A DNA stretch of 64,000 nucleotides from Verrucomicrobiota bacterium. Its GTDB lineage: Bacteria; Verrucomicrobiota; Verrucomicrobiia; Limisphaerales; JAEYXS01. The notes under the pieces were generated by a model. That model ran no database searches. It saw only the letters and a program-made list of their open reading frames with translations, and was not told the DNA's origin. The DNA is taken from contig JAEYXS010000078.1 of the NCBI GenBank assembly GCA_023431185.1, positions 43-64,042 on the forward strand, read 5' to 3'. Positions 58,706 through 64,000 of this stretch are shown here, in pieces. Made by a program: the position numbers and the translations under genes. How positions within the stretch are numbered: position 1 is the stretch's first letter; each line of letters opens with the position of its first letter.

Positions 58706-59106
58706 TTTTAGGAGGATTTGCGCGCCTGAGGGCGAATCGGGCGGTCGCGGTTTATTTCGATCATTCTCAGAGCAGCAAAACCTCGGAGGTAAAAACAATA
58801 CGCAGTGCCTGGACGCCAAGGAGGTGGGCCTGGGGAAGGCCGCTGAAGAAACGTTCCAAGCACCGCGCAAACTGTCAGAGAACGCAACCAACGCTCTCCA
58901 CTAACTTAGACGCCACTGGTTGCCTAATGTTCAAATCACTGAATCAACTTGTACGCTTTTCCGGCCAGGTTGCTCACCTGATTTTGTGCTAGTCCGCGCG
59001 TTTTTGGTGGTGGCTGACGGCCACCCTTCGATTCCTTGGGAGTAGGATAGCACAATCCTGAGGTGGTTGCGTTGCTGCGGTTCTGTCGCGACGTGTGACC
59101 CGCCCG

Positions 59107-59475
59107 CTATTTCCCCACTAGTTCTCCGATGGCCAGGATGATTTCGGCTTTGGTGAAGGGTTTGGCCAGCGTCCTGTCCGCGCCCATTTTGCTGGCGATC
59201 TTCAGGTAGTCATACGCACTGCCGCGTCCACCGCCCGACATGGCGATGATCTTCAGCTCTGGTAAAATTTTCCGGATCTCCAAGATGGTCTCCAAGCCTT
59301 CTTTCTCCGGCATCACGAGGTCGGTGATGACCAGGTCGAACTCGCTGCTCATGACCTGCTTCATGGCTTCCACCCCATTGGCGGCCGTCGTGACTTGATG
59401 CTGCTCCCGCTGCAATATTTTGGCGAGCGTGACCCGAAATGTCTCCTCATCATCAATCAATAATATTCTGGCCAT
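59107..59475 (-). CDS. Single-domain CheY-like response regulator
   Basis: 'ILLIDDEE...DLVITDLVMPEKEG...AMSG...K'. 122 aa. Confidence 0.9.
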   Translation of the reverse strand: MARILLIDDEETFRVTLAKILQREQHQVTTAANGVEAMKQVMSSEFDLVITDLVMPEKEGLETILEIRKILPELKIIAMSGGGRGSAYDYLKIASKMGADRTLAKPFTKAEIILAIGELVGK

Positions 59476-59496
59476 ACGTAGATGCTCGAAAAGTTT

Positions 59497-62400
59497 TCAA
59501 TGCAGTTCTTCGTCCAAAGCCCCTAGCAGTGCCTCGACTGTGAAGGGCTTCGTCAGGAAATGTCTTACGCCGTTGGCTTTCAGTTCCTCCACCCTCATCT
59601 GATCCTGCGTGCCCATCAGGCCGCTGGCAGCGATGCACTTGATCTCCGGCTTCAGCCGTCGCAACTGGGTCACCAGCGCCACGCCATCCATGGTTGGCAT
59701 CATGATGTCCGTGATGACGAGTTTGATCTCCTGCCGTTGTTGGAGAAAGACAGCGAGGGCGTCCACGCCGTTGGTCGCGGTCAATACCCGGTAGCCGGAA
59801 CGTTTCAAAAGCGTTTCCCCGATCATCAGGATGCCCGGTTCATCATCCACCAGCAGCACCAGCTCATTCCTGCCTTGGGGCAGGGCAGCCTTTTCCTTGT
59901 GGGCATCGCCTCCGCTGCCTGCGGGCAGGGCGGGCAGAATTACGATAAATTTGGTCCCATGTCCGGGCGTACTCTCCACTTCGATGGCTCCGCCATGGCC
60001 GCGCACGATGCCCATGACTGTGGCCAAGCCTAATCCGGTGCCTTTGCCCTGTTCTTTGGTGGTGAAGAACGGGTCAAAGATGCGTTCCATGACTTCCGGT
60101 GGAATGCCCGTGCCGGTATCACTAACTTCCAGCTTAACATACTCACCCGGTTTCAGACTAGGGTGGGCTCGCAGATCGCTTTCCATTAGATGGACATTGC
60201 TGGCGCTGAAGATGAGTTCGCCACCCGCCGGCATGGCATCCCGCGCGTTCACCCCGAGATTGAGCAGTACCTGGTGCAATTGGGTGGCATCCCCTTTGAT
60301 GGAGTGCAGATCGCCCGTCACCCGGGTTTTGATATGGATGTTGCGCGGGAAGGTCTCGCTGGCCATGCGCACCATGTCCTTGATGAGGTGGCGCAACTGC
60401 ACCGGGCCTTTCTCGCCTTCGATGCCCCGGGCAAAGGTCAGCACTTGCTTGACGATGTCTGCCCCCCGTTTCGCGCTGGCTTCCATGGTGTCGATGATGT
60501 TCAGCACTTCTGGCGGCAGGTCGTTGTAGCGCAGGAGTTCGGCGGACATCAGGATGGGGGCAAGCACGTTGTTCAGGTCGTGTGCGATGCCGCCTGCCAG
60601 CAGGCCCACACCTTCCATCCGCTGCGCCCGCAGATACTGTTTCTCCAGATTGCGGCGCTCGGTGATGTCCTGTTTGATGGCCACGAAGTGGGTGATCTTG
60701 CCGGTCGCCGAACGGACCGGCGTGATGGTCATCTCTTCATCAAAAAGTGCGCCGTCTTTGCGCCGGTTCCTAAGTTCACCGTGCCAGACTTGACCGGCCG
60801 TCACCGTGGCCCAGAGCTGCTCATAGAACTCCTTGCTCTGCACGCCGGACTTGAGCATCCGCGGGTTATGGCCCAAGGCCTCTTCCAGCGTGTAGCCAGT
60901 ATGCCGGGTGAAGGCCTCATTGGCCCAGACGATGTCGCCAGACTTGTCGGTGATGACGATGACATTGGCCGCCGCATTCAGAGCCGTGCTTTGGAGCTGC
61001 ATCTGGGCCTGTGATTTCAGTTGCTCCGTGATGTCATGCATCACCGCCACCGCTCCCAGTTGACGGCCGTTGGCACTCATCACCGGAGAAGCATTCGCGA
61101 TGATATGCCGGGGCGGTTGACCTTTGGCCATGATCACCATCCGGGCTCCCCGCACCTTTTCCTGGCGCATGGCCCGGGAAAGCGGGACCGACTGCAGGTT
61201 CATGGGAGTCTCGCCATCGGATTCGTAAAGGTCATAGCGTCCGGCCCAATGCTCCTGGCTCACATCCGTCGGCCCCAGCCCGTGCCATTCGCGGGCAGCC
61301 CGGTTGAAGAGCCGAAGTTTGCCGTTGGCACCGCACGCGACCACACCTGCATCCAGATTTTCCAGGAGCGCGAGGGTGAATTCCTGCTCTTGCAGCAAGG
61401 CCTCTTCCGTCTCCCGCCGTTGGGTTAGGTCAAAGAAGGTCACTAGGGTTTCTTGCGCCAGTTCGATGGCCGAGATTTCCACCGTTCGCTCTTGGCCATC
61501 CTTGCAGGTGACCTGACATTCCATCGGTTCAACCGGACGTTTCAGCTCACGGGCTTTCTGCAGCCGTTGCTGCCAGCTTTCCGCCATCTCTTGCCGGTAA
61601 GCTGCATCGGGATATGCCTTCGCCCACCAATCTTCCAGCGTGGGGATGTCGGCGCGGGAATATCCAAAAAGGCGGGTGGCTTGGGCATTGACGTAAGTCA
61701 CCATTCCCTGTTGGTCCGACATGGCCAGGGGAACGGGGGCCAGATCGAACAGGCGGCGGAAGCGTTCCTCGCTTTGGCGCAGCACCTGCTCCGCCCGCTT
61801 GCGCTCAGTGATGTCCGTCCACATCACGGACAAGAAAGTCTTGCCCTTGAGCTTCAAACCCCGGGAATTGACCACTACGTTGCGGAGTTCCCCGCTCTTG
61901 TTACGGTGAGTGGTCTCGAAGGCCAGACCTGAGGGGGCGGCGAGCACTTGCGCGAATTTGGTCTGGACTTGCTCCGCAGAGAATTCTGCCTGGATGTCCG
62001 CGACGGTCAGTCCGGCAAATTCCTCGTGACTATAGCCACGAGTAAGGTGGGCAGCTTTGTTGAATTCGACAAAGCGGCCGGTTACGGCATCCACCAAGGC
62101 TATGGCGTCCATGGCCTGTTCGAAGATGGCGGCCAGCACCTCCTCCCGTTCCCGCAAAGCTTGCTGCGCCCGTTTGGCTGCGGCTTCCCGCGCCAGATTG
62201 TCGAGCGAGAAGGAGATATCCCCGGCAGCTTCCTCCAACAGTTCTATTTCATCGGCCCCAAAGGCATTCATTTCCCCGGCATAGACCGTCAGTGCCCCGA
62301 TCACCTTGCCCTCCTGGCGCAAAGGCAGGGCGATGGATGACTTGATGCCCGCCCGCTGCGCCGCTTCCCGCCAGGGCAATGTATTGGGGTCGCCCAAAAA

Positions 62401-64000
62401 GTCGTTGCAGACGAAAGTGCGGTTCTCGCGGAGGGCGGTGCCGCTTGGGCCCCGTCCTTCCGGGCGGTCATCGACCGAGATCTTTATGCCGGTGGTATAA
62501 CTGGTGGCATCTCCCTCCACGGCCACGGGCCGGATCAACTTGGTCTCCACGTCCACCAAACCGATCCACACCAGTTTGAACCCGCCCTTGTCCAACAGGA
62601 TCTGGCAGACATCAGCGAACAGTCGATCGGCGGCGGTTGTTTGCACAATCGCCTGGTTCACCCCGCTTAACGCGGCGTACAGCCGGTTCAACCGCTGGAT
62701 GTGGGCTTCATGCTGTTTGCGTTGGGTGATGTCCCGGATGACGGCGATGATCTCAAAGTGGCCGTTGGTCCGCACCGCGCGTCCGCCGATGTCCACCGGG
62801 AAGGTGGTGCCATCTTTGCGCTGGTGGATGGTCTCGTAGCTTGCTCCCTCGGGGGATTGGAACTGTTTCAGGTTCTCCGCTTGGGAAGGCAGGTGATCGG
62901 CTGGACGGAATGCCTGCACTGGCAATCCTTGCATCTCCTCAGCGCGGTAGCCATAGACTTCCAAGGCCTTTTCATTGAACTCGACCACCCGCAGTTCCTC
63001 GTTCAGCACAAGAATGATGTCGTTGGTCTCCTGCATCAAGGAGACCAGCCGCTTGTCCTTCTTCCGCAGGGCCTCTTCCGCCGCCAGCCGCTGCACCAAC
63101 AAGCCGGTCTTCTGCTCCCGCCACCACCACAAACCTATGGCGACGAGGGCCAGCAGGCTGGTTAGTACCGCCAAAGTGATTTGATACGCTTCTTGTCGCA
63201 GCGGAGCGTTGATCTCCTCGTGATCAATTTTGGAGACCATGATCCAAGGGGTGCCCGGTACGGGGCGGATCGTGGCCACCACCGGGATATCACGATAGTC
63301 CAAACCGCTCAAGTGCCCCGTCATTCCACCGGCGGCTAAAGTGTATATATAGTTGGTTCCTTTCGAGATCGGTATACGAAGGGTCAGGGCGGTATTCTTT
63401 TTATGCCGCAGTTCATTCAGGTAAACCACCTCTTCGCCCTCACGGCGAAGCAGCAGAGTCTCGGCGGAGGGACTGGTGCCGGGCCAAGATTGCAGCAGTG
63501 GGTAAAGGAAGCCCTGAAGATTTCTTTGCAAGAGCAACACGGCGCTGGGCTCGCCCGCCGACGCACTGATAGGCTGAAGTAGACTCCAACGCGGCGCGCC
63601 ACTGATGGAATCACGCTGGATATCGGTGGTGACGGTTTGCCGGTCGCGCACGGCGGTATGGAGATAACCGCGGATCATCGCATCTTGGGGAGCTGTGCCA
63701 GCGGGGTGTTCCAGTAACAGTTTTCCCTCGTGGTCGTAGAGGGCTACGGAGCTGTAGAGATAGGAACTGTGCAGGGTTTGCAGCCAGCCTTGCACCTCGG
63801 ATTTCGCTCTGGGATCGCTGGGGTTGCTGGCGAAAGTGCGGACGGATTGTTGGATGGCTGGAGTGTTGGCAGCCGTCAGGGCATCGGCGTACCTCTCCGC
63901 GAGCCATTGATTGATCTGGCTGATCTTTAAGTCGGCGATCACCGCCAGTTCGCGGCCGGTCTTAAGCTCCAGCTCGTCGTGCTCTTTCTGGTAATAGCTG
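59497..64000 (-). CDS. Very large hybrid sensor kinase (extracytoplasmic sensor, TM, PAS/GAF array, HisKA, HATPase, receiver); 5' end runs off the window
   Basis: The frame stays open from 63942 (GTG) to the window edge. H-box 'GGIAHDLNNVLAPI'. 'GTGLGLATV'. Receiver 'LVLLVDDEP...ITDIMMPTMDG'. Multiple PAS-like 'DIT.RK' ends. Confidence 0.9.
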   Translation of the reverse strand, partial: SYYQKEHDELELKTGRELAVIADLKISQINQWLAERYADALTAANTPAIQQSVRTFASNPSDPRAKSEVQGWLQTLHSSYLYSSVALYDHEGKLLLEHPAGTAPQDAMIRGYLHTAVRDRQTVTTDIQRDSISGAPRWSLLQPISASAGEPSAVLLLQRNLQGFLYPLLQSWPGTSPSAETLLLRREGEEVVYLNELRHKKNTALTLRIPISKGTNYIYTLAAGGMTGHLSGLDYRDIPVVATIRPVPGTPWIMVSKIDHEEINAPLRQEAYQITLAVLTSLLALVAIGLWWWREQKTGLLVQRLAAEEALRKKDKRLVSLMQETNDIILVLNEELRVVEFNEKALEVYGYRAEEMQGLPVQAFRPADHLPSQAENLKQFQSPEGASYETIHQRKDGTTFPVDIGGRAVRTNGHFEIIAVIRDITQRKQHEAHIQRLNRLYAALSGVNQAIVQTTAADRLFADVCQILLDKGGFKLVWIGLVDVETKLIRPVAVEGDATSYTTGIKISVDDRPEGRGPSGTALRENRTFVCNDFLGDPNTLPWREAAQRAGIKSSIALPLRQEGKVIGALTVYAGEMNAFGADEIELLEEAAGDISFSLDNLAREAAAKRAQQALREREEVLAAIFEQAMDAIALVDAVTGRFVEFNKAAHLTRGYSHEEFAGLTVADIQAEFSAEQVQTKFAQVLAAPSGLAFETTHRNKSGELRNVVVNSRGLKLKGKTFLSVMWTDITERKRAEQVLRQSEERFRRLFDLAPVPLAMSDQQGMVTYVNAQATRLFGYSRADIPTLEDWWAKAYPDAAYRQEMAESWQQRLQKARELKRPVEPMECQVTCKDGQERTVEISAIELAQETLVTFFDLTQRRETEEALLQEQEFTLALLENLDAGVVACGANGKLRLFNRAAREWHGLGPTDVSQEHWAGRYDLYESDGETPMNLQSVPLSRAMRQEKVRGARMVIMAKGQPPRHIIANASPVMSANGRQLGAVAVMHDITEQLKSQAQMQLQSTALNAAANVIVITDKSGDIVWANEAFTRHTGYTLEEALGHNPRMLKSGVQSKEFYEQLWATVTAGQVWHGELRNRRKDGALFDEEMTITPVRSATGKITHFVAIKQDITERRNLEKQYLRAQRMEGVGLLAGGIAHDLNNVLAPILMSAELLRYNDLPPEVLNIIDTMEASAKRGADIVKQVLTFARGIEGEKGPVQLRHLIKDMVRMASETFPRNIHIKTRVTGDLHSIKGDATQLHQVLLNLGVNARDAMPAGGELIFSASNVHLMESDLRAHPSLKPGEYVKLEVSDTGTGIPPEVMERIFDPFFTTKEQGKGTGLGLATVMGIVRGHGGAIEVESTPGHGTKFIVILPALPAGSGGDAHKEKAALPQGRNELVLLVDDEPGILMIGETLLKRSGYRVLTATNGVDALAVFLQQRQEIKLVITDIMMPTMDGVALVTQLRRLKPEIKCIAASGLMGTQDQMRVEELKANGVRHFLTKPFTVEALLGALDEELH

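Noticed and set aside
58706-59106. The tRNA-Arg 3' flank as a possible genomic-island integration site, or a 400-nt ncRNA.
   Set aside because: There is no integrase. I noticed no repeat of the tRNA 3' end by eye. The flanking genes are ordinary two-component genes, and no convincing structure or ORF is present.

Overview
This is a GC-rich 64-kb chromosomal segment. Long spurious antisense ORFs lie opposite almost every real gene. I support about 48 protein genes and one tRNA-Arg(CCT). I saw no rRNA, CRISPR array, transposase or integrase. The gene content points to the PVC superphylum, most likely Verrucomicrobiota. The pointers are three planctomycete-cytochrome DUF1549/DUF1553 genes paired with two Tat-exported DUF1501 genes, orphan prepilin-like genes, a giant S8 protease with repeated modules, and large multi-PAS hybrid kinases. 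Housekeeping genes are interspersed (gltX, panE, two peroxiredoxins, a TlpA-like oxidoreductase, ROK glucokinase, Ppx/GppA, Tmk-like kinases). All domain calls were made by eye from motifs in the supplied translations; no searches were run. The most interesting region is 43.6-55.6 kb. There, two paralogous pseudopilin + PilX-like modules face outward in inverted orientation, and each sits behind a near-identical sigma-54-type -24/-12 element. They bracket a cassette made of a GYF/TM protein, a secreted coiled-coil protein, a predicted outer-membrane barrel translationally coupled to a histidine kinase, an 11-12-repeat beta-propeller, and a NarL-type regulator. No pilus or T2SS machinery lies nearby. 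Other items worth follow-up:
- a shared C-terminal '...DLV.WV...R.FYRA' tail on two unrelated secreted proteins;
- an unusual DUF1553-DUF1501-DUF1553 triplet;
- a tandem Tmk-like pair in an operon with ROK kinase and Ppx;
- a PlsC-like/GNAT pair that suggests aminolipid synthesis;
- a polysaccharide export cluster with no glycosyltransferases;
- a roughly 700-nt purine-rich spacer with micro-repeats, and direct repeats flanking a single small gene.
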